Of a stretch of 64,000 bases of DNA, positions 27,472 through 37,706 are shown one piece after another. The notes beneath the pieces were generated by a model. The model was not told where the DNA came from, made no database searches, and saw only the letters and a program-made list of their open reading frames with translations. A program made the translations under genes and the position numbers. Each line of letters begins with the position of its first letter. The first letter of the stretch is position 1. Source of the stretch: Bacillota bacterium. Its GTDB lineage: Bacteria; Bacillota; Clostridia; Christensenellales; CAG-138. The DNA lies in the NCBI GenBank assembly GCA_023390655.1, contig JAEWCL010000001.1:23766-87765 (forward strand), written 5' to 3'.

Positions 27472-28495
27472 GCATGGCGGCGATATTTACACAAACGCGG
27501 AGATATGCTTGGATTTTTCTATCAACGTGAACCCGCTCGGTATGCCCGAATCGGCGAAGCAGGCGCTGTTTGCCGCAACGGATGCCATGGAACGCTATCC
27601 CGATCCACAATGCCGCGCTTTGCGCTGGGCCCTTGCAGAAAAGCATGGCGTTGCGCCGGACATGATCCTCTGCGGCAACGGCGCGGCGGATATGATCTTT
27701 CGCGTCTGCGCCTGCTTGAAGCCGAAAAAGGCGCTGACACTTGCACCCACTTTTTCGGAATACGAGCGGCCCGTAAAGCTGTTCGGCGGTGAAATGGCGG
27801 AATACCATCTGAAAGAGGCGGACGGGTTCGCGTTGACGGACGCTATTCTTGAAGCGCTCGCGCCAGACGTGGAACTGTTCGTTTTGTGCAACCCCAACAA
27901 CCCTACGGGCAGGCTGGCACCGTTTGACTTACTTCACCGCATCGTTGCGGCCTGTGCAAAGAACGGCACGTATCTCATGGTGGATGAGTGCTTTCTTGCA
28001 TTTACGGACGGGCCGTCTATGATTTCATTGCTCAAAGAATTTCCGAACCTGCTTATCCTCAACGCCTTTACCAAGCTCTACGCGCTCGCGGGGCTGCGGC
28101 TGGGGTATCTTCTGTGCGCGGATGCAGCGCTTTTATCCCGCGTTGCCGCATTTGGCGCACAGTGGAGCGTTTCCGTAGCGGCGCAGGCGGCGGGCATTGG
28201 GACGCTTGAAGAACCCGCGTGGGAGGAACGGACACGAAGCCTTATAAAAGTCGAGCGTGCATATATGCGCGAAAGCCTTGCAGCGCTGGGCCTCACGATA
28301 TTTCCGGCCGACGCGAATTTCCTGTTGATCAGAAGTCCCGTGCCGCTGTACGAACCGCTGAAAAAGCGCGGTTTCCTCGTGCGAAACTGCGCCAATTTTA
28401 CGGGGCTGGATGAGCGGTTTATCCGCATTGGTTTGAAGACGCGGGAGCAAAATGAGGCGCTTCTTCGCGCCATAGAGGAGGTGCTCCGTGGCTAA
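27458..28495 (+). CDS. cobD: L-threonine-O-3-phosphate decarboxylase (class I/II aminotransferase fold)
   Basis: HGGD start motif, [26 protein letters not shown] (PLP lysine). Confidence 0.8.
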   Translation: MLRYEHGGDIYTNAEICLDFSINVNPLGMPESAKQALFAATDAMERYPDPQCRALRWALAEKHGVAPDMILCGNGAADMIFRVCACLKPKKALTLAPTFSEYERPVKLFGGEMAEYHLKEADGFALTDAILEALAPDVELFVLCNPNNPTGRLAPFDLLHRIVAACAKNGTYLMVDECFLAFTDGPSMISLLKEFPNLLILNAFTKLYALAGLRLGYLLCADAALLSRVAAFGAQWSVSVAAQAAGIGTLEEPAWEERTRSLIKVERAYMRESLAALGLTIFPADANFLLIRSPVPLYEPLKKRGFLVRNCANFTGLDERFIRIGLKTREQNEALLRAIEEVLRG

Positions 28496-29981
28496 GGCGA
28501 TCATGGTGCAGGGCACCGCCTCCAATGCGGGCAAAAGCGTGCTGGTTGCGGGGCTGTGCCGCATTTTCCATCAGGACGGGTACCGAGTCGCTCCGTTTAA
28601 AAGCCAGAATATGGCACTCAATAGCTTTGTGACGCGGGAAGGCCTTGAGATGGGCCGCGCACAGGTCATTCAGGCGGAAGCGGCATGCGTGGAACCATCC
28701 GTTTTGATGAACCCTATCTTATTGAAGCCTACCAACGATACGGGGAGCCAGGTCATTGTAAACGGAGAGGTTATGGGCAATATGCCCGCCGCGGCGTACT
28801 TCCGTTATAAAGGCGGCCTGCGCCCTGTGATAAAAAGAGCATACGAGGCCCTGGCGGAAAAGAACGATATCATCGTCATCGAAGGCGCGGGAAGTCCCGC
28901 GGAAATCAACCTGAAACAGGACGATATCGTCAACATGGGCATGGCGGCGCTTGCAAACGCGCCGGTGCTGCTTGTGGGGGATATTGACCGGGGCGGCGTG
29001 TTTGCGAGCCTGTATGGCACAGTGGCGTTGCTGGAGGAAGAGGAGCAGCGGCGCATCAAGGGTTTTGTTATCAATAAATTTCGCGGAGATGTGGAACTGT
29101 TAAAGCCCGGTCTTACCATGCTTGAAGAACGCACCGGCATTCCCGTACTTGGCGTCATCCCTTATATACGGTTGGACTTGGATGATGAGGACAGCCTAAG
29201 TGAACGCCTTGCCGCAACAAGCAGCGCGAAAGGGGAAATTGATATCGCTGTCATTCGTTTGCCGCGTATTTCCAACTTTACGGATTTCAATACGCTCAGC
29301 CGGATGGAACGTGTGGGGTTGCGGTATGTGGAAAAACGATCCGAGCTTAAAACGCCGGATTGTGTTCTGCTGCCGGGTACCAAAAATACAATGAGCGATC
29401 TTCTCTGGCTCAGGCAAAGCGGACTGGAGGCTGCCATCAAAAAGCTCGCTGCAGCGGGAACGCCGGTCATCGGCATTTGCGGCGGGTATCAGATGCTGGG
29501 CCAGGTGCTGCATGACCCCTTGGGCATAGAGCAGGGCGGCAGTTTGCGCGGCATGGAGCTGCTGCCGGTTTCCACCGTATTTGAAGCGCAGAAGACGCGC
29601 ATGCAGACTGCCGGAAAAGTATCTCCCCAGAATGGTGAATTTGCACTGCTTACAGACGCTCCATTTTCCGGCTACGAAATCCATATGGGAAAAACGGAAC
29701 GGCATGAGGGCGTACCACCGTTTGTGCTTCTTGCAGATGGAACGGAGGATGGCGCGGTATCCGGGAATGTATGTGGATGTTATATTCATGGCGTACTGGA
29801 TGGCGCGGTGGGGGAGGCACTGGTGCGGCTGCTGCTGGAATGGAAGGGGCTTATCGGAGAATACAGCGCTGCACCGGATACGGAGCAGCATAAGCAAGCG
29901 CAATACGATAAGCTCGCTGAGACGTTAAGGGAACATCTTGATTTCAAGCAAATTTACCGCATCCTGGAGGAGGGCGCATGA
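28488..29981 (+). CDS. cbiP: cobyric acid synthase
   Basis: [24 protein letters not shown], GATase half [10 protein letters not shown]. Confidence 0.9.
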   Translation: MAKAIMVQGTASNAGKSVLVAGLCRIFHQDGYRVAPFKSQNMALNSFVTREGLEMGRAQVIQAEAACVEPSVLMNPILLKPTNDTGSQVIVNGEVMGNMPAAAYFRYKGGLRPVIKRAYEALAEKNDIIVIEGAGSPAEINLKQDDIVNMGMAALANAPVLLVGDIDRGGVFASLYGTVALLEEEEQRRIKGFVINKFRGDVELLKPGLTMLEERTGIPVLGVIPYIRLDLDDEDSLSERLAATSSAKGEIDIAVIRLPRISNFTDFNTLSRMERVGLRYVEKRSELKTPDCVLLPGTKNTMSDLLWLRQSGLEAAIKKLAAAGTPVIGICGGYQMLGQVLHDPLGIEQGGSLRGMELLPVSTVFEAQKTRMQTAGKVSPQNGEFALLTDAPFSGYEIHMGKTERHEGVPPFVLLADGTEDGAVSGNVCGCYIHGVLDGAVGEALVRLLLEWKGLIGEYSAAPDTEQHKQAQYDKLAETLREHLDFKQIYRILEEGA

Positions 29982-30658
29982 ACAGCACGCAAACGCCGGA
30001 TTGGCGCAATATGCCGCCGGAAGAAATCGAACGGCGGAGTTTTGAAATAATTTCCGAAGAGCTTGGGGGAACGGAGCTGTCAGGCGCTAAACTTGCGGTG
30101 TTAAAGCGTGTTATTCATACCACGGCGGATTTTGAGTACGCAAAAACACTTTATTTTTCACCCGAGGCGGTAACCATCGGCATGGCCGCGTTGCGGGCGG
30201 GCGCGCATATCCTGACGGATACCAAAATGGCGGAGGCGGGCATTAACAAGACGTCGCTTGCGAAGCTTGGGGGAATGACGCACTGCTTTATGGCGGATGA
30301 AGACGTCAGGATCGCCGCCAAACGGGAGGGGATTACCCGTGCTGCAGTGAGCATGGGAAAAGCATGCGGTATTTCTGAACCGCTGATTATCGCGGTCGGC
30401 AACGCGCCGACCGCTTTGTTAAGGTTAAGGGAATTAATCTTGGAGAAGCAGATCAAGCCGGAACTAATTATCGGCGTACCGGTGGGGTTTGTAAACGTGG
30501 TGGAGAGTAAGGCGGCCATCAAAGCGTTGGATATTCCATGTATCATAGCGCAGGGGAGAAAGGGCGGGAGCACGGTGGCTGCGGCAATTTGCAATGCGCT
30601 GTTATATCAAACCGAAAAGTTTCGCGGTATGACTGACGTAACAATACGGTTGCCGTAA
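29978..30658 (+). CDS. cbiC: cobalt-precorrin-8 methylmutase
   Basis: [35 protein letters not shown]. Last gene of the coupled operon. Confidence 0.9.
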   Translation: MNSTQTPDWRNMPPEEIERRSFEIISEELGGTELSGAKLAVLKRVIHTTADFEYAKTLYFSPEAVTIGMAALRAGAHILTDTKMAEAGINKTSLAKLGGMTHCFMADEDVRIAAKREGITRAAVSMGKACGISEPLIIAVGNAPTALLRLRELILEKQIKPELIIGVPVGFVNVVESKAAIKALDIPCIIAQGRKGGSTVAAAICNALLYQTEKFRGMTDVTIRLP

Positions 30659-30737
30659 GGGCTAGAAGGAGCAAAGAAAAAACGGGCCAAGACAGAGATG
30701 CCGAGGCTCGTTTCTTATAGGTGTTCAGACAAAAAAG

Positions 30738-32204
30738 TTACCGGATTTGCTGCACTTTCATCATGGCATCATATAAGGCGAGAAACTGATGGTGCTTGCG
30801 CTGGAACTGCTCGCTCGGGGACGGCAAGAAGCATTGCTCCATCCGTACTACGCCTGCCGCCGCCTCGTCGTAGGATGCATATACATTGGCGGCAACAGCG
30901 CCGATCATGGCTGCGCCAAGGCAAGCGGCCTCTTTCTCTAACGGGATGTATACGGGAATGCCCGTGATATCCGCCTGCATCTGGCACCATATGGGGGATT
31001 TCGCGCCACCTCCGGTGGCAATAATACGCTCGATCGGCGTGCCGCTTGCACTGATATGGTCACAATTCTTTTTGAGCAGGTGCGCAACGCCTTCCATCAC
31101 GGCCAACGCCAGGTCAAATCCATCATGCTTGCTGCGAAGACCGAAAAAGACGCCGCATGCGTCACGGTCGAATTCCGGCGCATTGGTGCCCACAATATAT
31201 GGAAGAAAGATGATTTCGCTTGGCGCGCGTCCAACGAGTGCGGCATTCAGTTCCTCATAAGAAGTGGCTGCCATGCAGATTTGCTTGAACCACTCCAAGC
31301 TGACGCCGCCGCTTTCCGCCACCGGCAGCATCACGTAAGAATTTGGGAGGAACCCGTAATGCATCGGAATGCCGGTATCCTGCCTGACAGGCAAGGCGGC
31401 GATGCTGGAGAGTCCCATAACCGTACCGGTAGAAAGATTCATGCACCCTACATGCACGTTGCCCGTTCCGACCATACCGGCAAAATGATCCAGCGTGCCG
31501 ATATTCACCGTTGCTCCTTCCGAAAGCCCGATCGCCGCGGCGACATCCTTTTTTAGTGTACCTGCACAAGTGCATGGCTCCGCAAGCGACGGCAGCTGGG
31601 TTTCCTGAATACCGATGAACTCCAGCATCTCAGGCCAGTATCGTTTGGCATAGATGTCAAAATAGAATGTAAACGTTGCAATTGAGCGATCGGCAAGCAG
31701 GTTGCCTGTCAAACGGTAGACAACAAAGTCTTTGAGCAGCACATAATGGGCGGCCACAGAATCAAGTTCCGGGCGGTGGCGCCTTAACCATAGGATTTTT
31801 GTTGCCGGCCAGGTGGGCAGTACGGCGGGCTGACCGGTATGCGCATAACAGACGGCAGGAGAGAACTGCTTCTCCACCAGTGCGCACTCCTCCTGTGAGC
31901 GTTCGTCCATCCAGCTGATGGCGTTCATCAGCGGATTGCCGTTGCTGTCAAGCACAACAAGTGATTCGGCCTGCCCGGTGAACGTAATGCTGCATATGCT
32001 GCGTGCATCCGCAGCGCTAGCCTTGATGAGCCTGTGCAGGATGCCGGTCAGCACATGGACATACGCGTCTGCATCAAATTCCACAGATCCGTTTCCCCGC
32101 ATATAGGTTACCGCCGCACTTTCCATATGTAAACGGCGAAAAGCCCCGTCATACAGGGCGGCTTTGATATTTGTGCTGCCAAGATCAACCCCGATAAACA
32201 ACAT
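30738..32204 (-). CDS. FGGY-family carbohydrate kinase (xylulokinase-like), substrate unknown
   Basis: MLFIGVDLGSTNIKAALYD, GQAESLVVLD, WMDERS, ATGGGAKSPIWCQ. Confidence 0.85.
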   Translation of the reverse strand: MLFIGVDLGSTNIKAALYDGAFRRLHMESAAVTYMRGNGSVEFDADAYVHVLTGILHRLIKASAADARSICSITFTGQAESLVVLDSNGNPLMNAISWMDERSQEECALVEKQFSPAVCYAHTGQPAVLPTWPATKILWLRRHRPELDSVAAHYVLLKDFVVYRLTGNLLADRSIATFTFYFDIYAKRYWPEMLEFIGIQETQLPSLAEPCTCAGTLKKDVAAAIGLSEGATVNIGTLDHFAGMVGTGNVHVGCMNLSTGTVMGLSSIAALPVRQDTGIPMHYGFLPNSYVMLPVAESGGVSLEWFKQICMAATSYEELNAALVGRAPSEIIFLPYIVGTNAPEFDRDACGVFFGLRSKHDGFDLALAVMEGVAHLLKKNCDHISASGTPIERIIATGGGAKSPIWCQMQADITGIPVYIPLEKEAACLGAAMIGAVAANVYASYDEAAAGVVRMEQCFLPSPSEQFQRKHHQFLALYDAMMKVQQIR

Positions 32205-32206
32205 AG

Positions 32207-33388
32207 TTACCCCCGCGCATTGCGTTTCATTTTACGGTATACGACATAAGCCAGAAAACACGCTGCCAGCGCTGCTACCGACAGCATGGCAAACGCATAG
32301 CGGATATCCAGCCTGCCGGAAAGAAACCCCATAAGGGATGGAAACACCATTCCGCCAAGGCCGCATCCGGCGCTCATCAATCCGATTGCACTGCCTGTGT
32401 GCTGCGGAAATTCTTTCGCCGCAAGATCAACCAGAAGCGACCATATGGGGCCAAACGCAAAGCCGATCAGTCCGCAAAGAACAAGAGACAGATAGGGGAG
32501 GCCGGATATGGCAAGGATGAAAAAAAGCAGGAACGACGCGCCGAAGGCGATCAAAAGCGTCTTTTGCGAAGAAAGAGTGGAGAAGGAGCATACAAACCTT
32601 GATAGCGCCATGCAAAGCCAATAGGTGGAGATGGCGTAAGCGCCCAGATGATCGCCGGATAATTTCAAGGCAAACAGCGACTCGGTAAAGTACCCAATGC
32701 CACATTCCAACCCAACATAGAGCAGGATCAAAAAGAACAGCAGCGCGAAGAGGGCGGATTTAAAAAATGCGTACATCGGTATATGTCTTTCCATACCTGC
32801 CGTTGCAGCGGCTTTTCTGAACCTGGTGAAGCAAAAAGGCACAAGCAGCACCGTATATCCAATACCGCATATAACAAATACCGCCCGCCAATTCCAGGAG
32901 AACGTTCCGATGCACCATTGTATGAAAATTGGGCTGACGACCGCGCCGAAACTGAGCAAAGACTGTGATAGATTGATATATTTCGCGCTTTTTTCCGGGA
33001 ACGCATCGGCCAAAGCAGCAGTTCCGATGCATTCACACATGCAGTAGCCGACGCCAATCAGAAAAACGCCTGCGATAAACACCCATGTGCCGCTTGCCGC
33101 AGCGGCCAATGCACAGCCCACGATGAATGTCAGCATAAATCCGAACATCGTATACTTTTTCCCAATGCGGTCGGAAAGATTGCCGAACAGCAAGGGAGCC
33201 AAGACAAAGCCGGCGTTCTGCATCGCAACCAGAAGGCCGGAACCCAGAGGAGTCATGGAAAACTCGCTTGAAACGTTGCGCAAAACCAATTGGTAGCCGC
33301 CCATCTCAAATCCGATAAAGAATAAAAGGCCGGAAACGAGAGCCAACAGAACTGGAGCGTTGCGATTTGGCAAAGTAAACTTCGGCAC
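32207..33388 (-). CDS. MFS transporter
   Basis: GTG start. About 12 predicted TM segments, MFS loop GNLSDRIGKK. 2 nt upstream of the kinase gene. Confidence 0.8.
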   Translation of the reverse strand: MPKFTLPNRNAPVLLALVSGLLFFIGFEMGGYQLVLRNVSSEFSMTPLGSGLLVAMQNAGFVLAPLLFGNLSDRIGKKYTMFGFMLTFIVGCALAAAASGTWVFIAGVFLIGVGYCMCECIGTAALADAFPEKSAKYINLSQSLLSFGAVVSPIFIQWCIGTFSWNWRAVFVICGIGYTVLLVPFCFTRFRKAAATAGMERHIPMYAFFKSALFALLFFLILLYVGLECGIGYFTESLFALKLSGDHLGAYAISTYWLCMALSRFVCSFSTLSSQKTLLIAFGASFLLFFILAISGLPYLSLVLCGLIGFAFGPIWSLLVDLAAKEFPQHTGSAIGLMSAGCGLGGMVFPSLMGFLSGRLDIRYAFAMLSVAALAACFLAYVVYRKMKRNARG

Positions 33389-33476
33389 CTTTTATGTGAT
33401 CCTTTCCGTCAGCACAGGGTCTGCTTCTCATGTAGTAAATCCGGAAGGCTGCCGCATGAACCTGCTTCTACCTCGG

Positions 33477-33542
33477 CAACAGTATAATAATTATCCAAAA
33501 AGAAAGCAATAGATAAATATATAGAAAACAATATTAATTTGA
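33477..33542 (-). promoter_or_regulatory. promoter (TTGCTT-17-TATACT, minus strand) embedded in a block of about 60 bp that recurs at 43916-43976
   Basis: By hand alignment, about 38 of the first 42 positions match the block upstream of the Rpe-like gene. The shared spacer is TCTTTTTGGATA. Confidence 0.55.
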
Positions 33543-33722
33543 TGAGCGCGAACATTTACAGTGCATCTGTCATTTCCCACATAAGGAAGAAAGTAAATGC
33601 TGGGAGCCTTTATACTTGAGCCCTTTCTTTTGAGCAGGACCCGCAACCTATCTATAAAGGGCGGTCATGTATACAATTCTGCAATTGCCCTGATTGCCGC
33701 CACTTTGTTATATGTATTATTG

Positions 33723-33736
33723 CGAAAATAGTTTCG
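33723..33736. promoter_or_regulatory. palindrome CGAAAATAGTTTCG; candidate operator 1
   Basis: CGAAA-N4-TTTCG, about 10 nt upstream of the -35 box of the ABC operon promoter. Confidence 0.4.
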
Positions 33737-33746
33737 TTAATTTTTG

Positions 33747-33775
33747 TTGACCGATCATAAATACGCGTCTATATT
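33747..33775 (+). promoter_or_regulatory. candidate promoter for the sugar ABC operon
   Basis: TTGACC, 17-nt spacer, TATATT. Confidence 0.45.
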
Positions 33776-33797
33776 AACAACATTAGGTTACACAAAC

Positions 33798-33811
33798 CGA
33801 AAATAATTTCG
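33798..33811. promoter_or_regulatory. palindrome CGAAAATAATTTCG; candidate operator 2
   Basis: 13 of 14 positions match operator 1. It starts 23 nt downstream of the end of the -10 box. Confidence 0.4.
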
Positions 33812-33888
33812 AAAATCCAGCATTTAACGATATATCTGACCGCACGAAAACACCTTTCTAACATGTATCAGCAATTTGGGAGGAAACG

Positions 33889-34884
33889 ATGGAAAACAAA
33901 AAAAGCACCATGAGGGCGTTGCTCGAAAAATTTGTGGATGTTCGTGAGGCCGGCGTTTTGATGCCGCTGCTGCTGGCCGTGATTCTGTTTTCAGTCAACA
34001 GCGATAAATTCTTTACTGTCAGCAATATGTCAAATGTGATGCGTACGGCCGCCTTTACTATCATTACCTCGATTGGGCAGGCGTTTCTGATCATTGCCGG
34101 GAGCTGGGATATCTCGGTCGGCGCTGTGTTTTCCCTCGGCGGTGTCGCTGCGGCGGCACTGATGACGTACTACAACCTGCCCATTTGGGTGGCCGTAGTA
34201 CTTGCGCTGGTCATCGGCGCGTTGGTTGGCGCATTCAACGGCTTTCTCGTCCAGACGATTAAGCTTCCCCCTTTTATTGCTACGATGGGGAGCATGTACG
34301 CCGCACGGGGGCTGTGTACGGGATATACAAAGGGTGTTTCCGTATATCCGCTGCCGGAGACATTTTTAACGGTAGGCCAAAAGGGGATATTAATCGGCAA
34401 TTACGAATTGCCGTACGTCGTCGTAATTGCGGTCGTACTGGCTGCACTTGCAGGATTCGTTTTGCGGTTTACCACCTATGGCCGGAAGCTTTATGCGGCT
34501 GGCGGAAACGGTGAGGCCGCCCGGCTTTCCGGCATTCCGACGGTGAAAATCCGGTTTTCCGCGTTCGTCCTCACCGGCATACTTGCTGCGCTCACCGGCG
34601 TACTCATGGCGTCGCGCGTTGGGTCTGCACAGCCCAATATCGGTTCCGGCTTTGAGATGACCGTTGTTGCAGCGTGCGTCATCGGCGGCATCAGCATGGA
34701 TGGTGGCGCCGGTTCCATCATTGGCATTGTCATGGGGTCCTTCTTTATGGCGATGATCAGCAACGGCATGACGCTTGTGAAGATCGACGCCTACTGGCAG
34801 CAATTGGTCATCGGGCTTGTGCTCATTTTCGCCTGCTCCCTTGAATATGTCCGCAACCGAATCCGCATCAGCTTAAACATCTGA
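33889..34884 (+). CDS. monosaccharide (Rbs/CUT2-type) ABC transporter permease
   Basis: 331 aa, RbsC-like, with ITSIGQAFLIIAGSWDISVGAV and GGISMDGGAGSIIG. Confidence 0.85.
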   Translation: MENKKSTMRALLEKFVDVREAGVLMPLLLAVILFSVNSDKFFTVSNMSNVMRTAAFTIITSIGQAFLIIAGSWDISVGAVFSLGGVAAAALMTYYNLPIWVAVVLALVIGALVGAFNGFLVQTIKLPPFIATMGSMYAARGLCTGYTKGVSVYPLPETFLTVGQKGILIGNYELPYVVVIAVVLAALAGFVLRFTTYGRKLYAAGGNGEAARLSGIPTVKIRFSAFVLTGILAALTGVLMASRVGSAQPNIGSGFEMTVVAACVIGGISMDGGAGSIIGIVMGSFFMAMISNGMTLVKIDAYWQQLVIGLVLIFACSLEYVRNRIRISLNI

Positions 34885-34894
34885 GGAGAGACAT

Positions 34895-36409
34895 ATGGAA
34901 CAAAGTATCATTCTCCAAATGAAAGGGGTCACCAAATCCTTTGGTGCCACAAAGGCGTTAAAGAATGTTTCCATTGATCTGATGGAACAGGAGATACTGG
35001 CCATTTGCGGCGAAAACGGCGCAGGCAAATCCACCCTGATGAAAGTACTCAGCGGTTCCTACGAGTACAGCTCCTATGAGGGCGAGATCTGGGTCAACGG
35101 TAAAAAATGCGCGTTCCGTGATCCGGCGGATTCTTCCGCGGCTGGTATTGAAATGATCTATCAGGAAATCAGCGTCCATCTCGATCTGTCGGTGGCGGAG
35201 AATATTTTCCTTGGTCGTGTGCCTACGAAAAACGGTATCATCCAGTGGGCGGCCATGCGGGAGGCAGCTGAGAAGTATGTTGCAATGGTCGGCTTGAACG
35301 TCCCCGTCACCACGCGCCTGCGCGACCTGAGCGCATCCCAGTGCCAGATGGTTTCCATCGCGCGCGCGCTTTCCCGCAACCCAAAGATACTTGTGCTGGA
35401 CGAACCCACCTCGCCGTTGACGGAGGCAGAGGTAGAGGAACTGTTTAGAATACTGTTCCGCTTGCGCGAACAGGGCATTTCCTGCATCTATATCAGTCAC
35501 AAAATTCGTGAAATCAAACGCCTGGCGGATCGTGTCTGCATCATGCGCGACGGTTCCCATGTCTGGACAAAACCGGCCCGCGAGGTTGGCGTCAACGACA
35601 TTGTAGAGGCTATGGTCAATCGAAAAATCGAGAATATGTATCCCAAGGAAACTGTTCCGATCGGCAAGGAAGCGTTTGGTATCAAGAACCTTCGCGTCAA
35701 GCATCCCTACAACAAAAAGAAGTACATCGTGGACGGCTTGGATATCGCGGTCCGCGAAGGGGAAATTTTGGGTCTGGTCGGCTTGGTCGGTTCCGGCCGA
35801 TCCGAAACGGTCAACGCAATCTTTGGCGCAATCGGGAGTACGTATGATGAGATGCGCATCGGTGGAGCGCCAACAAGAATTAAAGATCCGGGCGATGCGA
35901 TCAGCAAGGGACTCGCGCTGCTGAGCGAGGACCGCAAGGTCAACGGGTTTATTCCTACGCTCGATATCGCAAAAAACATCAGCCTGCCCCGCCTCGATAA
36001 GGTATCGCAAACGGGCATTATGAAGAAGGATGCCGAAAGGAAGTACGGTGAGGCGTACATGAAGGCCCTGAGCATCAAGGCAAACTCCGAGCGCGACATG
36101 GTGACAGGCCTCTCCGGCGGCAACCAGCAGAAGGTTGTCCTGTCCAAATGGCTGATGGCCGATCCCAAGGTTCTGCTGCTGGACGAACCGACGCGCGGCA
36201 TCGACGTAGGTGCAAAAACACAGATTTACCAGATGATGATGCAACTTGTCAAGCAGGGCATGGCAATCGTCATGATCTCTTCGGAGCTGCCTGAGCTGGT
36301 GGGCATGTGCGACCGCTTTCTGCTGCTGGCCAATGGAAAGATCCGCGCTGAACTGACGCGGGAAGAAGCTGACGAGGAACTGTTCCTGCGCATCTGCTCC
36401 GGTGCCTGA
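34895..36409 (+). CDS. monosaccharide ABC transporter ATP-binding protein (duplicated NBD)
   Basis: First NBD: GENGAGKSTLMK, LSASQCQMV, LVLDEPTSPL. Second NBD: LSGGNQQKV, LLLDEPTRGIDV. Confidence 0.9.
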   Translation: MEQSIILQMKGVTKSFGATKALKNVSIDLMEQEILAICGENGAGKSTLMKVLSGSYEYSSYEGEIWVNGKKCAFRDPADSSAAGIEMIYQEISVHLDLSVAENIFLGRVPTKNGIIQWAAMREAAEKYVAMVGLNVPVTTRLRDLSASQCQMVSIARALSRNPKILVLDEPTSPLTEAEVEELFRILFRLREQGISCIYISHKIREIKRLADRVCIMRDGSHVWTKPAREVGVNDIVEAMVNRKIENMYPKETVPIGKEAFGIKNLRVKHPYNKKKYIVDGLDIAVREGEILGLVGLVGSGRSETVNAIFGAIGSTYDEMRIGGAPTRIKDPGDAISKGLALLSEDRKVNGFIPTLDIAKNISLPRLDKVSQTGIMKKDAERKYGEAYMKALSIKANSERDMVTGLSGGNQQKVVLSKWLMADPKVLLLDEPTRGIDVGAKTQIYQMMMQLVKQGMAIVMISSELPELVGMCDRFLLLANGKIRAELTREEADEELFLRICSGA

Positions 36410-36497
36410 TCCCTTTCAGGCGGCAATTCTCAAGGAATATACCGATTGTTGGTGCCAAGGGGCATTAACATAAAATAACAATGGAGGATCGAACACG

Positions 36498-37580
36498 ATG
36501 AAAAAGCTACTTACTCTGGCCCTAGTGCTCATGCTTGCATTAAGCTTTGCCAGCTGCAGTAAGCCCGGAGCCGCCGAACAGACTGCGGTTACGGAGAACG
36601 GCACCGGCGTTCCTGCCGAACCTGCAGCGCCGTCTGAGACTGCAGCGCCTGCCGCGGAAGGCGGCGAGCAACCGTACATTATTTTGGTTAACGCCCTCAT
36701 CGGCCATCCTGTCTACGAACAGCAGGCGGAGGCCGCGCGCAAGGCCGCTGAAGATTATGGCGTAAAGCTTGAAATCATCGGGCCAACGTTCGGGACGAGC
36801 ACCATCGTGACCGATTATATCGCGGCAATGGAGAATGCCATCACCTTACAGCCGGACGCGATTATCGGGGAACCATTCGACCCCTCTCTCTTTGAGGTGT
36901 TCTCCCGTGCAAAGCAGGCAAACATCCCCATGTTCCTGACCTCCAACTTGCTCGAGAACGAGGATGATTTCGTTGCCTGGATCGGCACGGATAACTACAA
37001 TTACGGTGTAAATGCCGTAGACATGATCGCTGAGAAAACCGGCGGCAAAGCGAACATCTGCGTGGTCATGGGCGACCTTGCGACCACAAACCAGGTTGAA
37101 CAGCGCAAAGGCATTGAAGAACGCATTGCCCAGAAGTATCCGGACATGAAAGTTGTCAATGTGGTTGCCGATAAGAATGATCTGGCCACCGCTATGAATG
37201 TTACTGAGGATACGCTCAATACCTATCCGGAAACCAATTGCTTTGTGATGCTGGAGTCCACCGGCGGCCCGGGCGTTGCCCAAGTCTGCGCGGAGATGAA
37301 CCGCGATGACGTTCTGATCCTTGACATCGACGCCGTTGCGGCCACCATCGATAATATCAAGGCCGGTAAGGTGTGGGCCACCCTGGCGCAGAACTTCTAC
37401 AAGCGCGGCTATGAGTCCGTCCGCATGGCGTACGAATACCTGAACGAAGGCAGCAATGCAAGCTTTGCAAAACTCAACGACTCGGGCACGGTTCTGATCG
37501 ATGAGAGAAATGTCGTAGCCTATGAAGAGAACCTTTGGGATCAAATCATCTACAAGGGCACACCCTGGCCTGCGAAATAG
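36498..37580 (+). CDS. monosaccharide ABC substrate-binding lipoprotein (RbsB-like fold)
   Basis: Lipobox SFASC, Ala/Pro/Glu linker, then a periplasmic-binding-protein type I pattern (ILVNALIGHPVY..., ICVVMGDLATTNQVEQR). Confidence 0.85.
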   Translation: MKKLLTLALVLMLALSFASCSKPGAAEQTAVTENGTGVPAEPAAPSETAAPAAEGGEQPYIILVNALIGHPVYEQQAEAARKAAEDYGVKLEIIGPTFGTSTIVTDYIAAMENAITLQPDAIIGEPFDPSLFEVFSRAKQANIPMFLTSNLLENEDDFVAWIGTDNYNYGVNAVDMIAEKTGGKANICVVMGDLATTNQVEQRKGIEERIAQKYPDMKVVNVVADKNDLATAMNVTEDTLNTYPETNCFVMLESTGGPGVAQVCAEMNRDDVLILDIDAVAATIDNIKAGKVWATLAQNFYKRGYESVRMAYEYLNEGSNASFAKLNDSGTVLIDERNVVAYEENLWDQIIYKGTPWPAK

Positions 37581-37706
37581 ATCGTCTTGTATGATCGGGG
37601 CGCCGTTTTTGCAACGGCGTCCCGGGGATCGTGAATCATCTATATATGGATAGAACCCAATATATGTTAAAGTAGGACTATCACACCTGTAAGTGAGGGC
37701 GGAAGT

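Noticed and set aside
30660-30737. A hairpin ACGGGCC...GGCTCGT between cbiC and the convergent kinase gene, considered as a terminator.
   Set aside because: The stem is only 7 bp with a wobble and a 16-nt loop. The T-tract is good only on the strand where the stem has an A-C mismatch. This is too weak to call.
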